Shown: one piece after another, positions 25,091-38,444 of the stretch | How the letters are laid out: each line of letters begins with the position of its first letter | How positions within the stretch are numbered: the first letter of the stretch is position 1 | Assembly (NCBI GenBank): GCA_038087875.1 | Contig: CM075995.1 | Location: 7,318,001 to 7,382,000 of the forward strand | DNA length: 64,000 nt | Source: Malacoraja senta | Lineage: Eukaryota | Reading direction: 5' to 3' | The notes under the pieces: model-generated | What the model saw: the letters and a program-made list of their open reading frames with translations, nothing else | The model's database searches: none | What the model was told of the DNA's origin: nothing | Made by a program: the position numbers and the translations under genes

Positions 25091-26129
25091 GTGTCTTTTT
25101 TTTAATGATATCTACAGTGAAACTTAACCTGTAGATTACTAATCCACTTAGATTTTCCAACATCAGTTATATTTAGAAAGGAATTGCAGATGCTGGTTTA
25201 AATCTAAGATGAACACCTAGTGCTGGAGTAACTCAACGGGACAGGCAGCATTTTTGGAGAGAAGGAATGGGTGATGGATCTGATGACTCATAAGGCCATA
25301 AGGGATAGGAGTAGAATTAGGCCATTCAGCCCATCAATTCTACTCTGCCATTCAATCATGGCTGATCCTAACCCCATTCTCCTGCCTTCTCCCCATAACC
25401 TCTGACACCCATATTAATCAAAAATCTGTCTATCTCTGCCTTAAAAATATCCACTGACGGCCTCCACAGCCTTCTGTGGCAAAGAATTCCACAGCTTCAC
25501 CACGCTCTGACCCGAACAGTGACCTATTCCTTTCTCCAAAGATGCTGCCTGACCTGCCGAGTTACTCCAGCACTTTGTGTCTATCTTTGGTGTGAACCGA
25601 CATCTGCAGTTCCTTCCTCCACGTAAAGTTTGCAGGCAACAAAAGCTTTGGACTGCACCACGCTACACGTGACAGTCAACTGAATTGAACTGAACTGAAT
25701 TGAAGTTCACAATGTCTCGCATTGCAAAGTTATTTACGGTTGCAAAGCTTAAATGGAATCTCTGCCTCGGCCTTTCATGTCTGCCTGATAAAAATGGCAA
25801 TTGCTTTAACAGCAGTGTCTAGAAAACGACATTTGTTTAACAAAAATAACCCATATCCAAAGAACTGATTAGATTGTTTGGCTGAGAACCTGGAGCCAAA
25901 GAATTTTCACATATCTGAATTGCAGCCAAAAAATATAACTGGCCGATTTCCAAACTAGCTAGCTCGGTGACAGAAACTGGGCTGAGTGATTAGTTCTAAC
26001 CCTTCTAACGTTTAGTCGCTGGCATTTCCAGTTGTGTTTCTGTACGAGAGAAACCGATTAAACAAATTTTGTGGTGATTTTAGACTAACCAGGAAGGAAT
26101 TCATGGTGTCCTGAAGTCACTAATAGTAA

Positions 26130-26659
26130 AGGGCCTGTCCCACCAGCATGCGATTGCATGCATCTAGCGCGACCAAACATGTGGCCGGTCCCACTTCGTA
26201 TGGAGTTGTGCGGGGCTGGTCCCGACATCGCGCGGGGCTCCGAAAATCTTGCACTGTCCGAAAACCCCGCGCGACAACGGCCTGTCGGCCCGCAGCCGCA
26301 TTGAGGGCGTATGCAGCACCTCGACGGGCGTACGCAGCAAATCGACGCCGTACGCAGCGTCTCGATGCCTTAGGCAGCATCTTGACGGCGTACGCCTAGT
26401 GCGTGGCGTTGCACGATGGTGTCACTGCCCGGCATGCCGTTGCGTGATGACGTCACTGCCCGACGCCGTGCGACGTCCAAATTCAGTCGGCCCGCCTCCT
26501 GCCCAGCTGATTGGTGAGTATGATGTTGGGACCAGCTCCGCACAACTCCAGACGCCTCCGCGCTTGGAAGTGGGACCGGCCCCGCGAGGCCGTACGCCTC
26601 AAGCCACCACGTTTGGTCGCGCTAGACGCATGCAATCGCATGCTGGTGGGACAGGCCCT
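26130..26659. mobile_element. PIF/Harbinger-like MITE, family E (very CpG-rich)
   Basis: TAA TSD (26127-26129, 26660-26662). TIR of ~50 bp AGGGCCTGTCCCACCAGCATGCGATTGCATGC..., near perfect. Confidence 0.9.
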
Positions 26660-27977
26660 TAATACTGAAGGATGTCACAGTCAATAGGCAATAGGTGCAC
26701 ACCTACATTCGATGTGATCATGGCTGATCATCCCCAGTCATAGAGTAATACAGCGTGGAATCAGGCCCTTCGGCCCAACTTGCCCACACCGGCCGACATG
26801 TCCCATCTACACTAGTCCCACCTGCCTGTGTTTGGCCCATCTATCCCTCTAAACCTGTCCAGTGTCTAACTGTTTCTTAAACATTGCGATAGCACCTGCC
26901 TCAACTACTTCCACCGGCAGCTCGTTCCATACACCCCACCGACGTTTGTGTGGAAAAGTTACCCCTCAGATTTCTATGTTTAAGAAAGAACTGCAGATGC
27001 TGGAAAAATCGAAGGTAGACAAAAAAGCTGGAGAAACTCAGCGGGTGAGGCAGCATCTATGGAGCGAAGGAATAGGCTACGTTTCGGGTCGAGACCCTTC
27101 AGGGTCCATAGATGCTGACTCACCCGCTGAGTTTCTCCAGCTTTTTTGTCTACCTCAGGTTTCTATAAAATCTCTCCCCCTCCACCTTAAACGTATCCCA
27201 TCTGGTTCACGATTCCTGAACTCTGGGCTAGAGACTCTGTGTGTCTACTCGACCGATTCCCCTCACGATCTTTCCACCTCTATAAGATCACCCCTCATCC
27301 TCCTGCGCTCCAAGGAATATAGTTCTAGCCTGCTCAACCTCTCCCTGTAACTCAGGCCCTCGTGTCCTGGCAATATCCTCGTAAATCTTCTGAAGTAGCT
27401 TTCGAAGCACAGGCCCTCTTGTGTTTTCTACAAGGCTCCGAAATGAAAGATTGGATTATACGTTATTGTCACATTAGTGAAATGCTTTGCCCTGCGTACA
27501 ATCCAGTAAAAGCAGACAAGAGACCTCGCCCCAGGCGGTACGCAAAGAGTCGCCAAGTCTCTGGTGCTGACAAAGTTACAAAAGTTCACCGGGCAGTCTT
27601 ATGTTCTGCTTGCAGCGGTGAACCGGGCCTGCTGCCTCCCTTTCTCCATGGGGCCCCCACCAGCTCCACCCCTCGCTGGCTCCTGTCCCCCTGCCCCGTG
27701 ATACCCCACTCTCCCCCATGGCTCTTCCCCCGTCTTTTCTCCGAGCTCACCCCCCCCTCCCACAACCCCCCCTCTCCCACAACCCCCCTCTCCCACAACC
27801 CAGTCTCAAATGCCTCATGCGTACAGTGCATCACATGTGGAGTAAAACGTCCCAATTCTGGTCTAACCATATGCCTGACGTGTGTAATGTTCGCACACCG
27901 CCACTGAGTATTATTGCCTTTTAAGGACTTTTTTTTAGAGAGTCCAACCATACTCTGCATGGAGGTGAAAATGCCGT

Positions 27978-28790
27978 GGGCGGCCATGGTGGCGCAGCGG
28001 TAGAGTTGCTGCCTTACAGCGCTTGCGATCGGGTTGCTGTCTGTGCGGAGTTTGTACGTTCTCCCCGTGACCTGCGTAGGTTTTCTCCGAGATCTTCGAT
28101 TTCCTCTCACACTCCAAAGACGTGCACCTATGTATGTTCTGAAGAAGGGTCTCGGCCCGAAACGTCACCCATTCCTCCTCTGCAGAGATGCTGCCTGTCC
28201 CGCTGAGTTACTCCAGCATTTTGTGTCTACCTTCGATTTAACCCAGCATCTGCAGTTCTTTCCTACCCAGGTACGTATGTTAATTGGCTTGGTGTATGTG
28301 ATAATTGTCCCTAGTGTGTGTAGGATAGTGATAATGTGCGGGGATCGCTGGTCGGCGCGGACTCGGTGGGCCGTAGCACCTGACTCCGCGCTGTATCTCT
28401 AAACTGAACTAAACTATCCACATTGCCAACATTGAGGGTTCAATGGTCTTGTAGAATGAAGTTAACTACTAGGTCATTGTATACCAAGCACACCCAGAAG
28501 TTTAGTTTAGTTTAGTTTGGTTTAAAGATACAGCGCGGACACAGGCCCACCGACCAGCGATCCTCGCACACTAACTCTATCCGACACACACTAGGGACAA
28601 TTTACACATACACCAAGCCAATCAACCTACAAACCTGTACGTCTTTGGAGTGTGGGAAGAAACCAAAGATCTCGGAGAAAACCCACGCAGGTCACGAGGA
28701 GAACGTGCAAACAGCAGACAGCGCCCATAGTCGGGGTGGAACCCGGGTCTCTGGCGATGTCAGGCAGCAACTCTACCGCTGCGCCACGGT
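27978..28790. mobile_element. Two HE1-like V-SINEs (+ 27978-28415 with Penelope insert; - 28500-28790)
   Basis: tRNA-like heads, V-domain-like cores, (CTAAA)n tails. Confidence 0.78.
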
Positions 28791-29656
28791 TTCAGAACAG
28801 CACGTTTACCGAAAACGAGGAGCTGACACCTAGTATCCCCTGGACTTGGTCCTTCGAAATATGAGCGTGATTTTGACGTAATTCCTGGGGTTAGAGAAAA
28901 TGGGGGAAGAGAGGTGAAATTGTTGGCGAAACGTTGGTCGACCCGCTGAGTTACTCCAGCTTTTCGTGTCTATCTTTGGTGTAAACCAGCATCTGCAGTG
29001 CCTTCCCACACATCTATATTCTAGACACCCTCTCCTACCAGCCTTGCTCTTCACCTGTCATCCATATCCCTGTCTAAATGCTTCTTAAATAGTACCTGCC
29101 TCAACTCCCTCATCCGGCAGCTCGTTCCATACACCAAAAAAGCTGCCCCACTGGTTCCTGTTAAATCTTTCCCCCCCCCTCTTCTTTTCACCGTCCACGT
29201 GACAATAAATTAAACTCAATTACCAAAGAATGGGGTTGAGATCTTAGAATAGATCAGCCATGATCGAATGGCAGAGCAGTCTAGATGGGCTGAATGGCCT
29301 AATCCCCACACCCCCACCCCCAAGTGTCCTCTGGTTCTTAATAAGAGTGGTCAAAATCCTTCAGAAATTCATAATCAGAGCCTACGACACCTCTCTCAGC
29401 CAAAGTGGATTAAGTGCTTAATGTCTTGAATTCCGGGGGGTGGAAGTCTAAAGAGTTTTTACTTTGGAATGTTTTCAAAGTTAACTGAACAGCAGAAGCT
29501 ATTTGTAGAGTGGTGTGTGGGAGGAAACAGTAGTTTGGCATTTTCATGGTTACGCGGGTTGTGAGATAGATTACACATTTCTCGTTGAACGTGAAGGCTC
29601 TGGGCAGCATTCTGTGGGTCGGGTGTTACTAGTCTTACTCATTAGTCATGCCTGTA

Positions 29657-30267
29657 GTTTAGCTTAGAGATACAGCGCGGAAACAAACCCTTCCACCCAC
29701 CGAGCCCTCGCCAACTAGCGATCGCCGCACCCCGGCGGCACGGTGGCGCAGCGGTAGAGTTGCTGCCTCACACACCAGAGACCCCGGTTCAATCCTGACT
29801 ACGGGTGCTGTCTGTACCGAGTTTGTACGTTGACCTGCGTGGGTTTTCTCTGGGAGCTCTGGTTTCCTCCCACACTCCAAAGATGTACGGGTTGACCGAT
29901 TAATTAGCTTGGTAAAATTGTCCCTGGTGTGTGTAGAATAGTGTTAGTGTGCAGGGATTGCTGGTCGGGCCTGTTTCCACGCTGTATCTCCAAACTAAAC
30001 TAACCTAGCACTATCCTACACACACTAGGGACAATTTACAATTTTTACCGAAGCCAATTAACCTACAAACTTGTACATCTTTGTGGGAGTGTGGGAGAAA
30101 TCCAGAGCATCTGGAGAAAACCCACGCAGGTCTCGGGGAGAAGGTACAAACTCCGTACAGACAGCACCCATAGTTGGGATCGAACCCGGGTCTCTGGCGC
30201 TGTGAGGCAGCGACTCTACTGCTGCGCCACCGTGCTGCGCCACCGTGTTGCGCCACCGTGCCGCCCC
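29657..30267. mobile_element. Cluster of HE1-like V-SINEs in alternating orientation
   Basis: Minus tail 29657-29730, plus copy ~29735-30005, minus copy ~30005-30267. Confidence 0.78.
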
Positions 30268-31119
30268 AAAAAATGAGATTTAAAAAAATATCTGCGTCTG
30301 AGACCCGTTTCACTGAGAATATTTGTTTTTTGCTTAACGATCCTGGCCATTGCAACGGCATTGCTTATTTATACAGCTCCTTTGCCCAGGCTGAGTGTGA
30401 TTTCTTTCTGTGGAATGTATTTACATGGACGTGAGTATTCTCCCACACTGTGGGAGAAAGGATTAGACACGTTTACATCAGTGGAGAGTGGGTGAAATCT
30501 TCAATAGCAAAAATGCAATTAAACAAACTCTTATTCCCTGGGGAAAGACTATGGCTTTACACATTTCTTCTGATACTATTCCTGTCTACAAGGTTATAGT
30601 TCTGACCTTTACCTACCTCCAGCTCCTTCCAGTCTGAAGAAGGATTCTGACCCGAAACGTTACCCATCCTTTTTCTCCAGAGATGCTGCCTGACCCGCTG
30701 AGTTATGGTATGGGACTTTATTTGTCACATGTACAGTGAAGTTATTTTTTGTACACAGTTCAGTCCAAGTATCGCAAGACGTAAGCTCTTAGATACTTAT
30801 TAGGTAAGCATCTCTAATACAGTACGCGTGCACAGCAATTTATGAAGGAACTGCAGATGCTGCTTTAAAGCGAAGATAGACACAATATGCTGGAGTAACT
30901 CAGCGGGACAGGCAGCATCTCTGGAGAGAAAGAATTGGTGATGTTTTGGGTCGAGACACTTCTTCAGAACCTGAAGACGGGGGGGGGGGGGGGGGGGGGA
31001 GGGAAGGGGTGGGTGTTTGGCAGATGGGTGGAGTAAGTGACAAAGGCTAGGGATGAAAACCTCTTTGGTGACCCTCGGACTGTCCTTGATCGGACTTTGT
31101 GAGGTAAGGGAAACGAGCA

Positions 31120-32790
31120 GAGTAGCAATGGAAACTGAGATTCAAAGAAGAGGAGGTGCGGACACTTTTGAAAAATATGAAAACGGATAAGTCTCCAGGT
31201 CCTGACAGGATATTCCCTAGGACATTGAGGGAAGTTAGTGTAGAAATAGCAGGGGCTATGACAGAAATATTTCAAATGTCATTAGAAACGGGAATAGTGC
31301 CGGAGGATTGGCGTACTGCGCATGTTGTTCCGTTGTTTAAAAAGGGTTCGAAGAGTAAACCTAGCAATTATAGACCTGTTAGTTTGACGTCAGTGGTGGG
31401 CAAATTAATGGAAAGGATACTTAAAGATAATATATATAAGCATCTGGATAAGCAGGGTCTGATTAGGAACAGTCAACATGGATTTGTGCCTGGAAGGTCA
31501 TGCTTGACTAATCTTCTTGAATTTTTCGAAGAGGTTACTAGGGAAATTGATGAGGGTAAAGCAGTGGATGTTGTCTATATGGACTTCAGTAAGGCCTTTG
31601 ACAAGGTTCCTCATGGAAGGTTGGTTAAGAAGATTCAATTGTTGGGTATTAATGGTGGAGTAGCAAGATGGATTCAACAGTGGCTGAATGGGAGATGCCA
31701 GAGAGTAATGGTGGATGGCTGTTTGTCAGGTTGGAGGCCGGTGACTAGTGGGGTGCCTCAGGGGTCTGTGTTGCGTCCACTGTTGTTTGTCATGTACATC
31801 AATGATCTGGATGAAGGTGTGGAAAATTGGATTAGTAAGTATGCAGATGATACTAAGATAGGTGGTGTTGTGGATAATGAAGTAGATTTTCAAAGTCTAC
31901 AGAGAGATTTAGGCCATTTGGAAGAATGGGCTGAAAGATGGCAGATGGAGTTTAATGCTGACAAATGTGAGGTGCTACATCTCGGCAGGACAAATCAAAA
32001 TAGGACGTACACGGTAAATGGTAGCGAATTGAGGAATGCAGTTGAACAGAGGGATCTAGGAATAACTGTGCATAGTTCCCTGAAGGTGGAATCTCATGTA
32101 GATAGGGTGGTAAAGAAAGCTTTTGGTGTGCTGGCCTTTATAAATCAGAGCATTGAATATAGAAGTTGGGATGTAATGTTAAAATTGTACAAGGCATTGG
32201 TGAGGCCAATTCTGGAGTATGGAGTACAATTTTGGTCGCCTAATTATAGGAAGGATGTCAACAAAATAGAGAGAGTGCAGAGGAGATTTACTAGAATGTT
32301 GCCTGGGTTTCAGCAACTAAGTTACAGAGAAAGGTTGAACAAGTTAGGTCTTTATTCTTTGGAGCGCAGAAGGTTAAGAGGGGACTTGATAGAGGTCTTT
32401 AAAATTATGAGCGGGTTAGACCGAGTGGACGTGGATAAGCTTTTCCCATTGAGAGTAGGGAAGATTCAAACAAGGGGACATGACTTGAGAATTAAGGGAC
32501 AGAAGTTTAGGGGGAACATTAGGGGGAACTTCTTTACTCAGAGAGTGGTAGCTGTGTGGAATGAGCTTCCAGTGGAAGTGGTGGAGGCAGGTTCGATGTT
32601 ATCCTTTAAAAATAGATTGGATTGGTATATGGATGGGAAAGGAATGGAGGGTTATGGTCTGAGTGCAGGTAGATGGGACTAGGGGGAAGTATTTATTTTT
32701 AATTAAAAAAAAAAAAAAAAATGTTCGGCACGGACTTGAAGGGCCGAGATGGCCTGTTTCCGTGCTGTTATGGTTATATGGTTATATGGT
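31120..32790 (+). mobile_element. CR1 LINE (second subfamily) with uninterrupted 508-codon RT frame
   Basis: ORF 31156-32682: KSPGPD, YRPVSLTS, QHGF, DFSKAFDKVPH, GVPQGSVL, YADD. 5'-truncated, no endonuclease domain. Confidence 0.95.
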
Positions 32791-33965
32791 TTGCTGGCTT
32801 TGCCTTGCACCAAACGCTCTTATCAGTTTAACAATAAGGAGTAAGCCATTTAGAACGGAGACGAGGAAACACTTTTTCTCACAGAGGGTGGTGAGTCTGT
32901 GGAATTCTCTGCCTCAGAGGGCGGTGGAGGCGGGTTCTCTGGATGCTTTCAAGAGAGAGCTAGATAGGGCTCTTAAAGATAGCGGAGTCAGGGGATATGG
33001 GAGAGAAGGCAGGAACGGGATACTGATTGGGGATGATCAGCCATGATCACATTGAATGGCGGTGCTGGCTCGAAGGGCCGAATGGCCTACTCCTGCACCT
33101 ATTGTCTATCATGTATCTATACACTGTAATGGATCGATTGTAATCATGCGTTGTCTTTCTGCTGACTGGTTAGCACGCAACAAAAGCTTTTCACCTCGGT
33201 ACACGTGACAATATAACTGAAAAAGGGAAAAATTGGGAGAGCAAGAGTGAAGTGCAAAGCCGGAGGGAGGGATGTAGGTGTAATGGGACAGGAGATAATA
33301 GGAAAATATGTTCCTTGGGGTTGGGAGATGAGTGTATGGAGGAGGGGAGCGGGGTAGGTGGGTGGTGGGAGAAATGTGTCCACACCAGGGTGGGGGTAGG
33401 TGAAAGAGAGGGAGTTGTGGTAGGGTGGGTATTACTTGAAACGGGCAAATTGAATGTTCATACCATTGACTTTCAGTTTAGTTTCGAGATACAGCGTGGA
33501 AACAGGCCCTTCGGCCCACTGAGTCCGCGCCGACCAGCGATCCCCGCAATCTAGCCCTGTCCTCCACACACGAAGGACAATTTACAATTTTTACCCGAAG
33601 CCAAATTAATCTACTAACCTGCACGTCTTTAGAGTGTGGAAGGATACCTGGGACACCTGGGACACCTGGGAAAACCCACGCAGGTCACGGGGAGAACGTA
33701 CGAACTCCGTACAGACAGCACCCGTAGTCAGGATCGAACCTGGGTCTCCGGCGCTGTGAGGCAGCAACTCTACCACTGCGCCTCCGTGCCGCCATGGGTC
33801 GTAAGCGACCCCATGCAGAGTATGGGGAGCTGTTCTTCCTCTCCTTCGCCTCTCTTCTTATCTGTCACCCTCTTGTCTCCTTTTCACCTCTAGCCTTACC
33901 CCACCCATTCCCCCTCATCTCTACCCACCTGTCACTTGTCCCACTAGCACCTCTCTTTCCCAGCT

Positions 33966-34165
33966 NNNNNNNNNNNNNNNNNNNNNNNNNNNNNNNNNNN
34001 NNNNNNNNNNNNNNNNNNNNNNNNNNNNNNNNNNNNNNNNNNNNNNNNNNNNNNNNNNNNNNNNNNNNNNNNNNNNNNNNNNNNNNNNNNNNNNNNNNNN
34101 NNNNNNNNNNNNNNNNNNNNNNNNNNNNNNNNNNNNNNNNNNNNNNNNNNNNNNNNNNNNNNNNN
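33966..34165. other. Assembly gap (200 N)
   Basis: Run of exactly 200 N, probably a fixed-size scaffolding gap. Confidence 0.99.
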
Positions 34166-34344
34166 CATTGAATGGCGGTGCTGGCTCGAAGGGCCGAATG
34201 GCCTACTCCTGCACCTATTGTCTATTGTCTAACACAGATCCTTGCAGATGTAAATAAACAAGGGACAAGATACATAGGCACAATCATATTTGAGTACTGC
34301 TAGGTAATCTATTATTACTATGTAGGAATGGTAGATTACACTGG

Positions 34345-34980
34345 GGGCGACACAGTTGGGCAGCGGTAGAGTTGCTGCCTCACAGCGCCAGAGACCCGGG
34401 TTTGATCCTGACTACGGGTGCTGTCTGTACGGAGTTTGTGTGGATTTTCTCCGGGTGCTCTGGTTTCCCTCCACATTCTAAAGACGTGCAGGATTGTAGG
34501 TTGATTGGCTTCTGTAAATGGTTCCTGGTCTATTTGAGAGAACCGGTGTACGGGTGATAATTGGTCGGCGCGGATTCATTGGGTCGAAGGACCTGTTTCT
34601 GCTCTGTATCTCTAAAACTAAAACACTGAGACAGTACACAAGAGTCGCCACATTCCCGGCACGATCTGGTACCCTTTTCAAGTCCAATGTTTAGTTTAGA
34701 GATACAGCGCGGAATTAGTCCATTTGGCCCACCGAGTGCGTGCCGACCGGCGATCACCCCGTACACTAGCACTATCCCACACACACACTAGGGTCAATTT
34801 ACAATCTTTACCGAAGCCAATCAACCTACAAACCTGCACGTCTTTGCCGTGTGGGAGGAAACCGGAGAAAGCCCAGGTGGTCACGGGGAGAACGCACAAA
34901 CTCCGTACAGACAGCCACCTTGGTCGGGGTCGAACTCTGGCGCTGTAAGGCAGCAACTCTACCGCTGCGCCACTGTGACA
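34345..34980. mobile_element. Two HE1-like V-SINEs, tail to tail
   Basis: Plus copy 34345-34625, minus copy 34690-34980. Confidence 0.78.
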
Positions 34981-35089
34981 CCCCTTTAAAAGCAAAGTCT
35001 AGTCTTGGCCATAAAGGCCCGTTGTCCTGGCAGCGGCACTGGGATGCAGTTATAGGGGTCGGCCTGGACAGGCGATGTTATCGATGAGA

Positions 35090-35665
35090 ACTAATGAAGA
35101 ACGATCTGCCACAGTCAATGATGGTCCAATTCTACACGGCCATCGTAGAGTCTGTTCTCACCTTCTCCATCATGGTCTGGTTTGGCTCAGCCACCAAGCA
35201 CGACACCTGGAGGCTGCAGCGAATCGTCCGATCAGCAGAGAAGGTTATTGGCTGCAACCTTCCCTCCATTGACGAACTGTACACTGCAAGGGCCAGGAAG
35301 CGAGCGGGCAAGATCATCTCTGACCCCTCTCACCCTGGCCACAAACTCTTTGAATCACTTCCCTGTGGAAGGCGACTCCGGACTGTCAAAGCTGTCACAG
35401 CCAGACAAAAAAACAGTTTTTATCCACGAGTAGTTGCTCTACTCAACAGGCAAAAATCTGTAGCCTCCCTTTGATCTGGTATTTTGTTGGTTCACATGCT
35501 TGATCGATGGTGTTTTATCATTAATGTTTTATTATTATTAATGTTTAGTGTTTTCTGAGTCATTCGTAACTGTCACTGTATGTCATGTTGTTACTTGTGG
35601 GCGGAGCACCAAGGCAAATTCCTTGTATGTGAATACTTGGCCAATAAACTTACTTACTTACTTAC
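35090..35665 (+). mobile_element. Rex1/Babar LINE 3' fragment
   Basis: ORF 35094-35474 (FYTAIVESVLTFSIMVWFG...DPSHPGHKLFESLPCGRRLR). AATAAA and (CTTA)n tail. Confidence 0.85.
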
Positions 35666-35818
35666 TTTACGATGCAAATGATGTTGAGAGATTTCCAGAA
35701 TTCCTTGAATGAATTCACTCGTTCAAAAACGATGTACGTTTATTTTTAAACAAAAATTGGATTCCAGCTTTGATTCTGAGCGGACATGCGCTAACTAAGC
35801 TTTCTTCACTCCCTGCAG

Positions 35819-36042
35819 TTGGTTACATGCTATACCTGTAATGAAACTTCAAGATTCAATGGAGCGAGAAGGAGATCTCTTGCTGTGAGGCCACACATCC
35901 CAAGAAGCTTAACCAAGACAAAAACTGACTTAAAGACACTCGAAGCAAGGAGATTGCCCCAGTCTACAGAGAAAGCAACCAAATACTCCCCAAGTGTGAA
36001 TAAATCCAGCTCAGAAAGCAAGAGCCCAGCTACAACTCCACG
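35819..36042 (+). CDS. C18orf21: Internal coding exon of C18orf21/RMP24-like gene (RPP21-related, RNase MRP subunit)
   Basis: Acceptor ttcttcactccctgcag, donor CG|gtattt, 224 nt (phase 0 to 2). LVTCYTCNETSRFNGARRRSL...SKSPATTPR resembles human LITCKTCNRTVKHHGKSRSF...GKSPASVFRTP (from recall). Confidence 0.8.
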
Positions 36043-36286
36043 GTATTTATATATATTTTACTGCTTGATCTTTTGTATAAGACTCTTTACAAGGATGTTG
36101 CCAGGACTCAAGGTTCTGAGCTACAGGGAGAGATTGTGCAGGCTGGAACTACCTATTCCTTAGTGCGCAGGAGGATAAGGGGTGATATTATAGATGTGTA
36201 CAAGTTCATGACAGGAATAGATCGGGTAAACGCAGCGAATTGTCTTGCCCAGAGTAGTGAAATCGAGAACCAGAGGACATAGATTT

Positions 36287-36575
36287 AATAGACAATAAAC
36301 AATAGGTGCAGGAGTAGGCCATTTGGCCCTTCGAGCCAGCACCGCCATTCAATGTGATCATGGCTGATCATCCACAATCAGTACCCCGTTCCTGCCTTTT
36401 CCCCATATCCCCTGACTCCGCTATTTTTAAGAGCCCTATCTAGCTCTTTCTTGAAAGCATCCAAAGAACCTGCCTCCACCGCCCTCTGAGGCAGAGAATT
36501 CCACAGACTCACCACTCTCTGTGAGAAAAAGTGTTTCCTCGTCTCCGTTCTAAATGGCTGACTCCTTATTCTTAA
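36287..36575 (-). mobile_element. CR1 LINE 3' fragment (intronic)
   Basis: FRTETRKHFFSQRVVSLWNSLPQRAVEAG. Confidence 0.88.
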
Positions 36576-37702
36576 AATGAGGGGAGAAAGATTTAATGGG
36601 AACCTGAGTGAGGGAGTTCCACCCACCAAGGGTACCATGTCGGAAAGTCGTCTCCCCCACCCTGTTTTGCCAGGTGAAGAGGGGGCTGTGTACCCCCAGC
36701 AGGAACCAAAACAAGACCTGTCAAAGGGCGGATGAGCTCCTAGCGAGCCAACAGCCATCCACACTACAGTAGAAGTTGCGATCACTGTCCCGTTGATGTT
36801 GATGTTCTCAACGATGATGATGATGAAGTTGAGGGAGAACCTAACTTCTTTACCCACAGGGTAGTGGGTACATGGAACGAGCTGACGGAGGAGGTAGATG
36901 AGGTATATGTTATAACATTAGGGCAGGTACATGGACAGGACAGGTTTAGAGGGATATGGGCCAAACACAGACGGGTGGGACTAGTATAAATGGGGCATGT
37001 TGGTCGACATGGGCAGGTTGGACCGAAGGGCCTGTTTCCACCCTGTATGACTCTATGACTCAATAACAGCAGGGATTTCGTGCACAACTCCACACTCCTC
37101 CACACCTCTCCATGCGCCCGTCCCGCGCTACCCACACGCTACCCGTGCGTCACAAAGCGTCGACCTATTTTACATAAGACGCGTAAATGAGGCGCAAATG
37201 ACGGCCAAGTGGGACAGGCCCTTTAGGATAAAAGGACGTACCTTTAGTAAAGAGATGAGAAGGAATTTCTTTAGTCAGTATTGAATCCGTGGAATTCATT
37301 GCAATGGATGGCTGTGGAGGCCAAGTCAATGGATATTTAGCATGCTGGCTGGCTGGGTAGCAGGCAACAAAAGCTTTTCACTGTACCTCTGTACACGTGA
37401 CAATAAACTAAACTAACAAGCAAAATTATTTTTAAGGTGGATTCTTGATTTGTATGGGTGTCCGAAGTTATGGGAAGAATGGGGTTGAATGGGAAAAGAT
37501 AGATCAGCCATGATTGAATGGTGGAGTAGACTTGTTGGGCTGAATGGCCTAATTTTGCCCCTAGAACGTGAACTTCTGAATGAAGTCCTAGCCCGCCCAA
37601 CGTCTCCCAATAGCGCGGCCCCCTGGATTCCTGGCAACGCTGCCTCAACTATAAATGTTTTGAGCATTGCTGTTTTAATAAACTTTGCATTTACCATTCC
37701 AG

Positions 37703-37856
37703 GACGTCTGTGGTCACACCCTCCACGTCTTCGCCCTCTTTGAAGCCAGTCAAAGGGAAGAAGCTGCAATGCTCTCGCCTCAAGCTCCTGTTGAATTCCG
37801 AGGAGAAGCAGCAGAGCACAAAGCCCACGCTTAAAGATTTCCTGTCTTCGGCGTAA
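37703..37856 (+). CDS. C18orf21: Terminal coding exon of C18orf21/RMP24-like gene
   Basis: Acceptor catttaccattccag, phase-compatible with the previous exon (CG|G). TSVVTPSTSSPSLKPVKGKKLQCSRLKLLLNSEEKQQSTKPTLKDFLSSA* resembles the human C-terminus KKHFSQLKMLLSQNE...DFRNFLSSL. Confidence 0.82.
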
Positions 37857-38444
37857 ATCTCTGTGTGTGTGTGTAATTTTTAAAATGCGCTGTTTGTGCG
37901 AGAGAAAATGTAATTGTGGGGCGGTGGGGGGGAGACGAATCGTCCTCAAGTCGGCTTGTCTGAACAGTCGGTCAGACTGCCTGGAGGTTGGGCAAATTGA
38001 TTTTTTGTAATCTTGTCATAAAATAGATTGTTGCTGCTGTTTAGATATGAATCGATGGGAATATTACAAGAGCAAGCATGTTGGAGCTCGCGCGTGCAAC
38101 TGTGCAAATGTGATGGAGCAGATTAACCTGAAGCATGTGGGCAACCGATAAGCTGATTTGCCATCTGGGCTCTCCGATTATACTCCTCGATGTTGATGTT
38201 AAAGTGGCGGCAGCTGTCGGGACATAAGTTCCAGTAACTAATATATATTTAACCATATACTGCTTACAGTTTTGTTTTTCCGCTTAAAGTCCCCAAGGAT
38301 GAATTTTGCTATCTTAACCATTTTAACTCTATGTGCAGTATGCATGATTCGGTGATGGGGGGGGGGGGGTTTCTCCTCCCCGCAACCTCTCCCTGAACAC
38401 AGTTCCGAACAGAGGCTGAAGACAGACACAGAATGCTAGAGTAA

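Noticed and set aside
26120..26662. Overlapping GC-rich ORFs / CpG-island promoter
   Set aside because: Entirely inside a TIR-bounded MITE with TAA TSD.
29735..29810. tRNA gene
   Set aside because: A/B boxes are present, but the sequence continues into the V-domain and LINE tail in many degenerate copies; it is a SINE head.
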